Of a stretch of 64,000 bases of DNA, positions 23,988-36,589 are shown piece by piece. The notes below the pieces were generated by a model that had not been told where the DNA came from, did no database searches, and saw only the letters and a list, made by a program, of their open reading frames with translations. A program made the translations under genes and the position numbers. The DNA is from Takakia lepidozioides (lineage: Eukaryota > Plantae > Bryophyta), in contig CM060734.1 in assembly GCA_030704615.1 (NCBI GenBank), positions 62,930,001 through 62,994,000 on the forward strand, in the 5' to 3' direction. Every line of letters begins with the position of its first letter. Positions within the stretch are counted from its first letter, which is position 1.

Positions 23988-26298
23988 GGCGATATTGAGG
24001 CCCTCAATGCCAACTACAGCAGTCTGTTATCTACTGCTAATGCCTGACTCCCAGTATGCAATCAACTCGTCCAACTGTTCTCCACTCAAATCAGTCTGAG
24101 TTCCTTGGGAAACATAAATCTTGTCCCCTTTGGTGCACAGGCTAAGAGAAGAGACCTGCCCTTCAACGACGTCCTCATTTCCCCCAGCCATACAAGGAGT
24201 ACATCCACAGATTTGTCTCTAATATAGACCAGCACAGGTTCTAGAAACAGGATTGTGGATCTTTCATGGCACACTCACACTCTAAAAATTCCATAGATTT
24301 TTAGCAGAGTCCCAAAAACAGAAACCAGGTCTAGATAGGTAGATTTCCCTTTTCTGTAGCTATCCCCTCAAAAACTGAGTCAAACGGAGCTCATTTGACA
24401 AAGATATGACCAACCAGGCTCTTTATCATTTAAATTAGATCAAAGTTTTTTTTTTTTTTTAACACCAAAACGTTCCCGCCATTAAGAACCGTTCCCAGGT
24501 TTCATTTGTGGTTACGGGTGCACCACAGGCTCGCTCTCTTAGTGAGCTGCTTTGCTCCAGCGACGACTCTCGAGCTCGGGTGTATGGTTGTGGCGATGGC
24601 GATGGCCTGTGTGCAGCGTCAGGCATATGTTTCCCGTGATGCAAGCACTCGAGCCATCCCTAATGCAGGGACAAGCCCTGATGATACTCTGTCAGAACCT
24701 GGTGGGCAGCTGCCATCTGCACTTGCTCTCTCTTCAGACAATCTTCGGACCTAGTGTCAAATGTGGAAGTGGTGAAGGATCTTATTGACAAAGGCAACTG
24801 TGTTGGACTATCCGCAGAGTAGAGAGTAACCAGATCAGCTTCGTCATTTAGTTGAAGCTTGGAGCATAGGTCTGCATACTCCGATAGGGCAAAGGCACTA
24901 TCTCAATTCAGGTAGCGATCATGTTCAATGTAGAAGCATACCCGCTAGCGGTATACTGATCCACCGCAACATCCCCGTTGGACTTGTCTGCAATGTTCCC
25001 TGCAGCTTTGCAAGCTCGTGTACCGAGTGTCTGGCCAAGTTGGGCAGCAACAGCATTCAGACTGGCCACAAACTTCAAGGTTGGATAACCACTCACTCCA
25101 TATCTCGGTCACAGGTCTCCTCTGTCTTTGAGCTATGTTGGGTGGACTTGCTGGAGGGAAAGGTTGCTGGTCATTCCAACTGACACCAAGCATTTCAGTT
25201 CAGCCTTCTACCCGGCCGGCGCTACCACTGCCGTTGCTGTCCTACCAGCCAATGTCCCCGACCCCGTGCTTGCGACCCTACGCCACCACGCTACCTCCCT
25301 GCAGCTCCAACACATGGTTAGAATCCCAGTTCTTCACATACGCCGCCATCCTCCGAATTCAGATGAATACCAGCATACTGGCTCGCCCATTGCACATATT
25401 GCGTCTTCCACCGAAGATAGAATAATTATTGATGAATGTGAGTATCAATCGTTTTCCCTGTCTCTTGGCTTCAGCTACCACAAAGCCGAGTGCATCCCTT
25501 CTATTTCACCATGTCTGCTATAGCGTGGAGCAAGAGCTTGAGCGTGGAGCTTGTAGAGCGGGAAAGCTTGAGCTGAGCAGATGAGGCATTTCCTCACTTC
25601 CTTGGTCATAACTGTCATATAATGAACACTGCATTGGCTGTGTTGAAGAAGCTTAATCCATGCAGCTTCAAAAGCACTCAGATAGATAATCCGCTGATTG
25701 TGTTGAATAGTTTCAACACTGTAAGCGGGCTTTTCGCATCGTTACTCTTCATCGATTCTTTCGAGATAACCCGTGGTGCGGAGCACGATGCTATGCCATG
25801 GCTGCCAGGGCTCCCTTTCCCGTACACTCTTCACTGCTCCTCACCTTCTTTCTATAAATCGCTTCTCTGTCTATGTTGCTTTAACAAGGTCTGGATTTGT
25901 CACCATTGGACTGACCAAGTACAGCAAAGGCTGTAGAGCAATCTGCCTCTCGCGGTGCTCCTGTACAGTTGCAGTTATAGCGACGCACCGAGTGCCCAAC
26001 TTGTAACAACTATTCAACCGCAAGCGTTTGTTCCCTTGTCACAACCACACTCTTGCATGCATGCTGCATACAGTCTTCCACCTCCGGAGAAGAAGTCCAG
26101 GGACAGAGTTACGGTTGTCAGCAGCTACCAACAAACATAGTCTTCCTTACATTTGCGCATCATCCTGCTGCTCCACCAGCCTTGTCACAAACATAATCTA
26201 CCGTAATTTTCTTCTCTCGCTTCTAAAACAAAAACCACAAGTGCTTAAAACTAAACTCACCTCTGGCACTCACAGATGCAAGCCTCATCTTTCTCGAG

Positions 26299-26655
26299 TG
26301 ATAAACAAGCTAAAAAAGGACACACACTCCCAACACAAGAAATATAAAATCCATCGCTATCACTCATTGAAACTGAAGTCGAGCCAGGGGCACCCCAAGC
26401 TATGGGGACTCCACCCCACAACAACCTGTACCCCTACATAAGCACACTCAAACCTAAACACATGCAGGAGCTCGGTCGCGCAGGCTCAACTCGAGAAAGA
26501 TGAGCCGCGCGACTGCCGCTCTCGTGAAGATAAGACGGACCAGGTGTCAAACTAAACTTGACACCTGATTTAACACTTGACCTAAATCCAAGTGTTAAAT
26601 ACAAATAACTAGTTCTATTCTAGCTGTTTTCACACTGTGCTTATTTAACTTGACA
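26299..26655 (-). repeat. 5' LTR (segment B only, lacking the 85-bp A segment)
   Basis: Matches 15831-16187 except for one base. On the minus strand it begins TGTCAAG and ends TTTATCA. Confidence 0.92.
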
Positions 26656-27146
26656 CATACATGAATCCAAATTACGACATAAGTATTGATGCGTCGTTCA
26701 CTACGCATATTGCAGCCACGACTTGATGCCCAAGCTCGCAATCACATTGCACAGGAGGCATTTCGCGTCGGTCTACTTGCAGAATTTGTGCCAGAGCATG
26801 TGCCCGATGTGACTAGTTGGTTCCTTAGCAACACCTAGATGAGATGCATAGGATCGAGGGGTATCGTAGTGTCATAGGCACTATGGCCGGTGACGAGCAG
26901 GCCCACCCCCCCCCCCCCCCCTCCAGTTTCCTCAGGCGGTCCCCCTGATCCAGTGTCCTCATCTGATGATTCTCCGCACCGTACATGTAGTAGTAGTTTG
27001 CAGACCGATTGTGCCCCCCCCCCCCCCTCGGTCTGTTTCTTTGCATGTTCCACCTCCGGTAGTACCTGATCCGGATGTTGTACCCCCGGCTGCACCTCCG
27101 GCATTACATCCTCAACCACCTCCACTTTCATCTCCTCCGCCAGCAG

Positions 27147-27215
27147 TACCACCTCCACCTCCACCACCACCACCACCACCTCCACCTCCACCTCCACCTC
27201 CACCTCCACCTCCAC
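27147..27215 (+). repeat. (CCACCT)n/(CCA)n microsatellite
   Basis: Directly visible tandem ccacct/ccacca units. Confidence 0.9.
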
Positions 27216-30200
27216 GTGCATGTGCCCCCCGAACCCCTAGGAGGGGTCGGCTTCGCCCTAGATTTCCTCCCCTTCGGCTTGGGCGGCCTGAGCCAGATCC
27301 TCGCCCCTGATGGGAAGCGCATAGGACTATGTTATTGAGGACCGTCCAGCCTCGTTGTTGGGGGAATCATCTCGACCCTCTCACCTCCATCCGAGAGAAT
27401 GTGGAGTTCGAGTATTGGGAGAGACGGTATGTTGTGAGAGCCGCTACAGACCCTGCTATGGGTCGGGGTTTATTCACGGTCAATGATATTGTTGTTCCTC
27501 CTCGGTGAAACAGCATGGTGGACTTGTTTCCCTACTATGGTCCATACTACACCTCCGCGGAGTTCCGTACATTATGCCTCGAAGCCCCATACATCCTACC
27601 CTACATTTTGTGTGTCAACGGATAGGATGTACGTAGACGGGGGTTGTCTCCCATTGAGATCAGATTTTGTGATGGTGACCCCGACATCTTCGGAAATGTT
27701 GCTGGGCTGGTCAACAATTCTTTTGGTCATCCTAGGAGAACCAATGTAGTATGGGACGAGCGAAGCGATGGGCATGAGAGCTTTTGTGGTCATACGTCGG
27801 TATACTGTGATGGGATGCACATGTTTGTGATGACATGTGCTAGTAGGACTAATAGGGTTCCTTTGAGACATGGATCGCGTAGAGGGGCATTGTAGATATT
27901 CTCATGATATACTTTGTATACTTTGTATCCGATTAATCGATTGATGTAAATATTTTTCTTGTTGCTCGTGTGGGTTGCAACTTTGCATATGTGATCTAAA
28001 CATACTTATGCATATGTGGACCAAATATGAGCTGAGCGGTTCCCCAACGCTCCCGGCATAAAGGGCGTTCCCCTGGTACCTTGAGGGTAATTTAGTTAGC
28101 TCCAGCATCCTACGATGATTCTCTATTTCTACGAATTTCATGCATTTGTAGGAATATTTTAATGATTTGTTCTTTATTATTTAGCAGGATAATTCGCCTT
28201 TATTAAGGGATTTTATCCGGACCCCCTTGACTTAAAAACACAAGTTTTAAGGGCGGTATCGCCCCCTTTCGCCGAGGATATTTGAAGTCAAGTACCCGGC
28301 CGCTGGGCGGGGGGGCCTTGGGCCAAGGAACGACCATTGTTTTATTAGACCTCGGGAATTACCTAGAGGTTTGAATTGTTATCATTCACCCGATGGACTG
28401 ACCATTGAGGTTGAATTTTGGGATCGCTCTAAGCATGAGAGACTGACTTGGGAAAGCGGATCCGGTCCCTTCCTAGGAGGTATGACACTAATCCACCTCG
28501 GGATTTAGGGGGGGGTATTGGGCGGGAGATAGATGATCCCCGTCTCCCTGGGCTCGGGATTCATTTTGTGAAGGATTTGAAGGTTTGTCCCGGCTATAAG
28601 CGTGTTGGGAGTCCAGGCAAGAATGAAGTAGTAATAAACAAAGACTTGGAAGGCAATTACGATTAAAGACGTAGAAAACCCATAAACAAAACGTAGGACT
28701 AGGAAATGCAAATCGCAATGTGTAGTGGAGTTGTTAAGCTTTGCTTTGCCGGTAGGAAGTTAGACTATTTAGATCCGTCCATAGCTGCCATAGACCCCTG
28801 CACTTACCGCAGCCGGGTAGGCGGTTCGTTGAGCCCAATCTACACCGCAACTTGCCATGACCCCCTAGGCTAGTATGTCATCACCTGGCCGCACGCGACC
28901 AGGGCTCATCATATTTTGGTGCGTATGCTATCATTTTCTTGTATTCCTCCTTTGTCCATTGCCAAGGTGTGCGCCTATACTTCCATCGTACAACACCTTT
29001 TGGGTCCACACCATCTTATTCGGCCCATAGATGGCGCATGCGACCCTGCTCCTCAAGCTCCTTTCTAACACCGAGAGAATCTTATTTTGCAGCCACTCCC
29101 TTCTTTGTCGGCGTACCATGAAGAACCCGAAAAAATGACGAGCAGACATTCTTCTCAATATGCATGAGATCTAGAAGATGGCAAATCTTCAGGTCCTACA
29201 TATATCCCCACCCACAAATACTTACACAAATTTTTTTACGTGAAAGTAACAATGCAACGCATACCAAATGTGCAATATCACATGCATGCATAGGGATATT
29301 GACGGTGTTTTTGTGGAATATGTACCGCCCAATATGGCAACTCGTAGAAGATTGAAAGTCATTTCGTGCCAGGCACGTCCACTTCACCATCCGTGCCCCC
29401 ATGGGCCTCCTTCCATCGGTCCTCCCAAAACTGCCCGGACGGTGTCATAAGGGGGGGGGGGACGTACTTCCTCTTTGCCATCAAACAAGTGTTTCTCTCT
29501 TCTTCTCCATCGATGGCTCATAGGAAGAAATTTGCGGTAGTTGGGATACACCATCTTGTGAAGATGGCGGGAGCTATGTGTATCAAGATCATCGCCACAA
29601 TGCAAGCATGCATGGTATCCTTCGGTGCTTAGCCCCGAGCAAACAGTTAGTCCTATACTACACATCCCGCCACATTAGCAAGGACAAAAAGTTGTCATAT
29701 GTATGGCCCATAATGTCATCTACCCCACTACAGTGCACAAGACTGTCGCCGCTACTTCAATCAATCCCAATGATAACGGCTAAGCTACGAGGGTCAGACA
29801 GCAAGGGTCACGACGGGACATACCGGGTGGTGATTAGTGTACACTACCTGGTCACGGGCAGAAAAAGCTAAGTACGTGGTACTTAGCAAATGGCGGAACA
29901 ATGATACATTACCACGGGAGCAGTAGTGGGTAGTAAACGTGGGCCGTGAACCACGATATCACACGGCCACGTTAGCAGCGGCTTTAATCAATAGAGGGAG
30001 TAGTAGACTGTTTATCACTATGGCTCACGACCACTACAACGAGCCAATTTTAGCAAACCTTTTAGGTTGCGTAGGCAGTTAGGCAATCGGTCATTAACGA
30101 CTGCAGGCTGTAACGGCTCTTTCGAGCATAGTATAAAAAGGCTGCACGCAACTTAGAAGGTATCAGTGATCAGTATGTATTCAGTGGACTCAGAGTGATT

Positions 30201-33200
30201 CAATGTATACTTCCGTGATGATGTGATGAACTCTGAAGTAAGCCATGCTATTCGAAGTATATCTGTGTAGAGTGAACGTGAGATGAAGAGAATGTGCATT
30301 ATGAGATAACGTGAGATGGTGAGAATGTGTATCATCTCAGAATAGTTCTTGTTTCGTCTTGACTACCATCTGATTGTATGAACAAAGAGGCTTCAGTCTT
30401 TTCGACTAAGATCTTTTATGCCAAAGAGATTGTAGGTTGGGCTTAATCAATAGGATTAAGCAACTTGTAGGGATATTGATTCATACGACGTTCATGGTTT
30501 AGCTATCCTTAAAACGATTACTTTGTAATCGTTTCTGAAAGCATACCGTCGGACAACCTCTGTTGCATGTCTTGGGAAATGGGCAGTAGTGCTGATAACC
30601 TGTTTTGTCTAAGTCATAAACCAGCGGTTAATACCCAATCATCATCGATATTATCCGGCATTGACAAGTGATTGTACGCGGGTTGTTCATGGGGAACATA
30701 ATATACCTGGATAAGCATGCACTGTCCAAAGCAAGATGTGTCGGGACCCCCCTCCACAGCTCTTTAAGTTCATCAACAAGAGGTCGCAAGTACGTGTCCA
30801 TGTTTGTCACTTGTTTTTTCCCTATGAGACATTCACATTATTGTTTCAATGCTCCACCAATATGCAAATTATACTACAAAATGAATTACACGTCTTACTC
30901 CATGATTATGTCACTCATCAATCTTGCATCCGAATTGCGTCAGAGATCAGAAGTTTAATGTAAAGTCCAAGGCAATAATAAACATGAAATGAGTACACTC
31001 ACCTGGCACAATGGTAGCCAACATGATATGGCCTTTTTTAATTGAAAGATACGGATGGATGTTGTAATTCACCATGGTCACCGGCCCAGTGGAATGATTA
31101 CATGACTGGACAGAGAATGGGTTGACCCCATCCAAGGAGAAGCCGAGGTGGACATGTCGTGGGTCCTCCAAGAGAAAAGGCCACATCTCTTCAGTATGCC
31201 TCCATGCTTGTGAATCTTGTGGCCCGCACACCTTTCCCGGAGGGCTCCAATGCGAGGCGTGCCATCTCATGAGTCTGGCCAATTCGGGGCTTCGGTACTG
31301 TGCCCTCAATCGCGGGATGATCGGAAAGTAATGCATTCTCTAGGATGAAATGTCCCACGTCCCCCACATGTAATCATCCCATTAGCACACATAATACAAC
31401 ACCCTTATGTCTTTCCCTTTATGCAGCCTCTCCCTCATTTGGGCGTGAATGGTCAAAACCGAACGTCGCTCCTTCCACTCCTCACTCACTCCTTCCAAAA
31501 CCACAATCAGATCTTGCATGAGTACTATTCTAACTCTAAACTTTGTGGAATACACTTTACATGCATTGAGAGGATTAAATAAAGTAATTTCCATGCGAGG
31601 AGGAATGACGCTTATACCTTGCTCGGTACTTTTTTCCCTTGGACATCATCCCGATATCGGTCTTTCTTGCACTTTGGGCACTTGGTGAGACGCACATCCT
31701 CTCCATAGTATAGGGTTTTATCACATGGACATGCATGAAAAATCTTATAGCCCATCCCCACAGAGTCCAAGACTTCGCGCGCCTCTTTCCGCGACCGTGA
31801 CATCTTGGGTTTCAAGTGTGGAGCAAGGATATAGTCTGTAATAGTTCGCATTATGGTAGACATCCCAACATTACTTATGCCAAATCAAATTTGAAGATTG
31901 AGCAAAAGTAAGATTGTTGAAAGTCGACTCACTTTTGCCCCTTCGTACAAGGGAGTTCTCGCCTCCCTCTCCATGTCATTTGAGGGGGCCATTTCAGGAT
32001 CATCGATTGGCCGGGTTCCTTCTTCATGGGATGATCAGCATCCACATAATGCATTAAGAGATCCTTCATGGCTTGCACATCCTCCTGGTTAATTCCATGT
32101 TCAATGTTGTTGTCACTCTCACTGTCACTATCATCGTCATCATCGTCTGGTACCATGGGGGCGGCGTCTCGCCCACGGCTCCCGCCTGATGTACTTGGGT
32201 TGTTTTCGGATGGGGTGCCAAGAGAAAGGACCGGGAAGGGATGGACAAAATCTTGATACGAACAAATGAACATAGGGACATATATTATAATGTATCCTTG
32301 CAACCATACAACTCATTATAAGCGAAATGCAAACAACAACCTGTGTGCGTGCATCAAATATGTCATTCAATAATTACATGTATGTGCGCAACGTACATGC
32401 ATGCAAGATTTCAAACCCAAACAAAATCATTTGCCCCCCCCAATGACGCATTCATCATATCAACCAATTTTTGTTTATTAATGTGAAAGAAAATCCTTTC
32501 ATGCCATTGCACCCATCAAACAGATGTGGCTCAAGCTTCACTTTTTTCTACATGTGCTTAAATATGTGTGCAACACATGTACAAAGATCCAGCTATAATA
32601 AAATAAAATAAAATAAAATAAAATAAAAAACATTTGCCTCGCCAATGACGCACTCACCCTTGCACCAATTTTGAATTAAATCGAATTTAAATGAATTTAA
32701 AATAAATATTTGAATTAAAAAAAATTGCGGTTTTGAGGGGTGTAATGATTTTATTTTTAGCTCTATTTTGTTCTGTAACATCGGGCTTTGCACCACTACA
32801 TCCATGCAAAACATTGGACAAAAAAAAAAAAAAAAATGGAAAAAAAAAAAGTGTGTTTCTAGGGTCACTTTTACATAACTCTCTATGAAAAGTGCATAAA
32901 ATTGAAGATAACTTAATTTTGGAGTGCAATTGAGAGAACAAAATCTGGTTATGGGTCCAAATGACTTTTGTTTACTCCCAAATTTTGCACGCACATTGCA
33001 TATGCTATCATTAAGCATATGGCTTGAAAGTGGAATTAAAAAAAAATCATGTGCATGCGAAACACAATTTTCCGTCTCTACGACACGTAGCTGCGTTCAA
33101 CACTAGAACGACCCATTGAATCAACTTGGTTAACCCATCACTGGGCCGGAATGAATGAAATTTGCCGCCTATAAGTTTCTCATCTGCTCGCCACCCTGGT

Positions 33201-36200
33201 GTGTAAACAATGATTAAACATTTAGTGGGTCCCAGGATCCATTTTCTTCGCCTCTTCCACCTACTTCCAATATAATCTGATTAATTTATGTAGGCAACCA
33301 GCCTAGAATGAAGTTGAAACATGTCATCTTCTAACTTGTGAAACCCCACCAGGGATTCTTTCTTCCCTGTCTCTGGGCTCTCTCTCTCTGTCTGTGGCAT
33401 CTACCCGTGAGCCATGCTTTCACAAGCCTCGGAATACATATCAAACTGATGGCCTCACTGGGGCCTATTCAATGGTTCCAACCATTTCTTATCCTTTGCT
33501 AAAACACGCCCTCATTCCCACGCAAGAAAAACACCATGAATAGTGCACAAGAAATCAAATGCATAGGGAGAAAACTCCCCTTAAAATACCCGTCCCAGGG
33601 ACCAGCAGTCCTTGGCGGGGTCCGTCGTAATATCCAGCGGTTAAAACCAATACCCTGCGGCCAGCGATTAGTGGCGCGGCGTAGATGGCCCGCCACCGGC
33701 GCGGGGTCCAGCGGGTAATAGGCAGCCTCCATCGTCTCTGCCGCTCGTGTCGTACCTGCGCGGGCCCAGCTATGGCGCCTGGTGCTGCCACGCAGTGTAC
33801 TAGCGACCCGTACTTTGCTCCAGGGGTCAACTCCTCCACGGGGGAATGCCGCATCACCCGTGTTAGATGCGCATCTCCATGGCGATTCTAGGCAACCTCT
33901 TTGGTTGACCTCCAACCCAAAGGCGCCTAAGATGCCGACGCTTAAGTGCTGGGCTCTGCTTTTCTGGCAGCCCTCTACAAAATAGCTTAACCACTTATAA
34001 AGCTAGTTAGCAACGCCTCCTATGGTCCTCTATAGCCAGGGGGCTTATGAATCATAGATATGAACTTAATAATATGGAAATTTTGGCGATAGCTTCGCCA
34101 TCTCATGCAATATGACCGTCGCCACTAACCTAGAAAGGGAAATTTGACAAGAGCTTCGCCACTTCATGCAAAGCTCGCCCTCTCCTTAAACATAATAATG
34201 GACATCTACCCTCACTTCCATGGCGTAATTAGGTTAGATTCCTAAGGCCCTGTCTCCTGGGGCTTCACACTTGTGCTCTTCACACATGTACATAGAGATG
34301 CACACACATCCTCTTTGAAAGAGGGATTTTTAGCAAACAATGCTTATAAGGTCCCTTCTTGGACAAAGCTTGAACAACAAATAAAATGAATGAATTCAAA
34401 GGTCAAGAATGTATGGTAAGTCATCCTCTGAAACAAATGGTGCTTGGGATGCACTAAATCGCTCGGTAGAATGGTACTCAAGCCTGGTCCTCCTCCGGCA
34501 CTTCTACTCGTCCTCAAGTCTCCCACTTCATGGAGCGTTTCCTCTACTTCTTGCCTCAAATGGCCACAAGGCCTTGAACTAGGACTATCTTGCTCTCATT
34601 ATGCTTGCTTCTAATACTAGAGAGCCACAAGCTCAACTCTCTAGGAATTAGCTCCCTCAAGCTCAAAACTAACTACACAAGCAAGAGGCCAAAACAAAAA
34701 AATGAGACTAGATTGAAGAACAAGATGAGTCTGCTCTTCTTTTATTGTGTTTTTGGGGCCTCTTAAACTAGTGAAAGATAGTCTTAAACTATTATTTCCT
34801 ACATGAATCTATAATTTAAAAACGATAGAACATCACAAAATAATAATCATGGATGGAAAACCTTGGTGTTAATGATAAATCTGGTTTTTCATCTATCCAA
34901 TGGATGACCAGTTGGCGCTAGGTTGTCTTCTCATCCTCCAGCTTGCAGGTCGAATTTCCAGATTTCATCCATTGGATGAACTATAATTCCATTTAATCGC
35001 CTTTCGCAACTGCCTCCGGCGTGATAATTTGATGTCGTCTCTCATCACCTCCAAAAATCCTCAAATTTGGTGACAAACTATAATTAGATGGTCCGTAGCT
35101 GCCCACAAAATCTCAAGGAAATCAAGGAAGAAAAGCCAAACCTTTGGTTGGTTTCCATGGTTTCGCCATACAGGCAGTCTGCCGCTTCCTGGCAGTAAAA
35201 ATACTGGTGGTGCCCCCAGGGGGTCTTTGGCCCCGCCACTAAGTCACAGATCATCTGGAGTCTTCTCCTACACCCTTTGCATCGCTGAGGAGTTCAAAAC
35301 TTCGCTGGGAAGTTCCTTCACCCGTCGTTTGCTCCGATGTAGCACTTGCTTTGTCGCGATATTTCATCGCTGTACAGATTGTTTCCTCCAACTGCCAAGA
35401 CTCTTTGCCACGTGCTCCTACTAGACTTGAAAGGCGAAAGAATAGAGAAATCGCAATCCGGAACTGAAACAGTCGTCATGTATGGTTTCGAACAGGTGCA
35501 TGTTGTCATTACTGGTACCGAATTGGCAGCCTAACTCGCTGTCGATGCAGCTCCTTACGGTCATTTTGATGCCAGAGCTCCTCCATGGTCGTCTCCGACA
35601 TAATCTAGATTCATACATGCTTTACCAGTGATTCCCAGATAACTCGCAGACTGCCCTGCTTTGGCAGTACAATGCCTGAACTGTCTGCCTTAAGATCAAA
35701 AACGATCTGAAAAGAAATATGTACTAATATATGCATCTACAAATAAGGCTGCACGAACGAATGACATCATTTTGCCCAAAAAATCGAAGAATGTAAAATT
35801 GCCGACCTTGGTGATACCGGGAAAGACACGTGGTATGACAGGGTGACTTTCGCAGATTAACCCCAGGACAACACGTGGATTAAACTAGACATGACACGAG
35901 GCATGACAATATGGAGCGGGAAGGTTTTTCGTGACTGGCATATATGACTTCGGACGTTTAATCCCAAGTCCACACGTGGAGTCAAATTAAGCAGGATGGG
36001 GGTGAGGTGGTCGTTATGACTAGAACATATGACTTCCATGACGCACTCTGGATACTGCACATGGCACAAAGATGGACGAACACAAGGGGTGAAAGTGACA
36101 CGTGGCGGAGGCTCTATGGATGGGAGGTAGTCGTATACATGACTGTAGTCATGGGTCTGACTCTAACAGCATTGAAACATGAAAGCACATTTGAAATTGG

Positions 36201-36589
36201 AACATCGATTCAAATACAACGTGACTTAATGTTCAGAGGTCCGTTCCATAATCTAATTTGGTGCTGCTACAAAAATGCACAAAGCTGCAAAGTCTAAGTA
36301 GACTTCAAAATGCCTGAGTAGAAGATGCATACACTGGCTTGGCCGGATTTGTCAACCACCTTCAAGTGCCATCCAGCCCGAAAACGGCAGAAGATACATA
36401 AACAAGCTTTCAGGCAATATCATAGCAACAACAACATTGATATATGTGAAACAAACTAACATCGCTAAGAATATGTCTAAGCACCATTACACAAACTCGA
36501 TGTGTGCAAAATGGAAAATTGTAGGTAGGGAACCCATACCCCATTCTGGCAGTCAAGGATTGGAGTTTGGGAGTTGTCTTGCTGGCAGG

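Larger units (their letters stand above)
15745..26655 (-). mobile_element. Young Ty3/gypsy LTR retrotransposon: gag-PR-DNMT-RT-RNaseH-integrase-PHD, with permuted LTRs and a 4-bp TSD (CATA)
   Basis: Termini TGTC..GACA flanked by CATA at 15741-15744 and 26656-26659. The 357-bp repeats 15831-16187 and 26299-26655 differ at one base that I could find. The domain order RT-RH-INT is gypsy-type. Confidence 0.95.
14550..32300 (-). mobile_element. CACTA/EnSpm DNA transposon (intron-containing TnpD/Transposase_21), interrupted by the gypsy insertion; ends approximate
   Basis: Exons read YKIFHACPCDKTLY..CPKCKKDRY (31612-31863), YFPIIPRLRAQY..DSQAW..HLGFSLDGVNPF..IVPG (31000-31336), MDTYLRPLVDELKELWRGV (~30740-30810), GYHACLHC..RKFLPMSHRWRR (29450-29630) and CHLLDLMHIEKNVC (~29140-29185). 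GTCGC/GCGAC subterminal repeats lie at 14580-14810. Confidence 0.85.

Noticed and set aside
15745-26655. DIRS/Ngaro tyrosine-recombinase retroelement, suggested by the split repeats and the methyltransferase
   Set aside because: No YR motifs seen. The element has a protease, HHCC-DDE integrase, PPT and TSD, and the MTase is C5-cytosine type rather than DAM-like.
26835-27338. Extensin-like polyproline, poly-His and (WR)n ORFs
   Set aside because: Translations of a CCACCT/CCA microsatellite inside the CACTA element; no signal peptide or gene structure.
33100-36400. Possible LTR/TE remnants
   Set aside because: TE-like composition, but no paired termini, TSD or protein motif that I could support.
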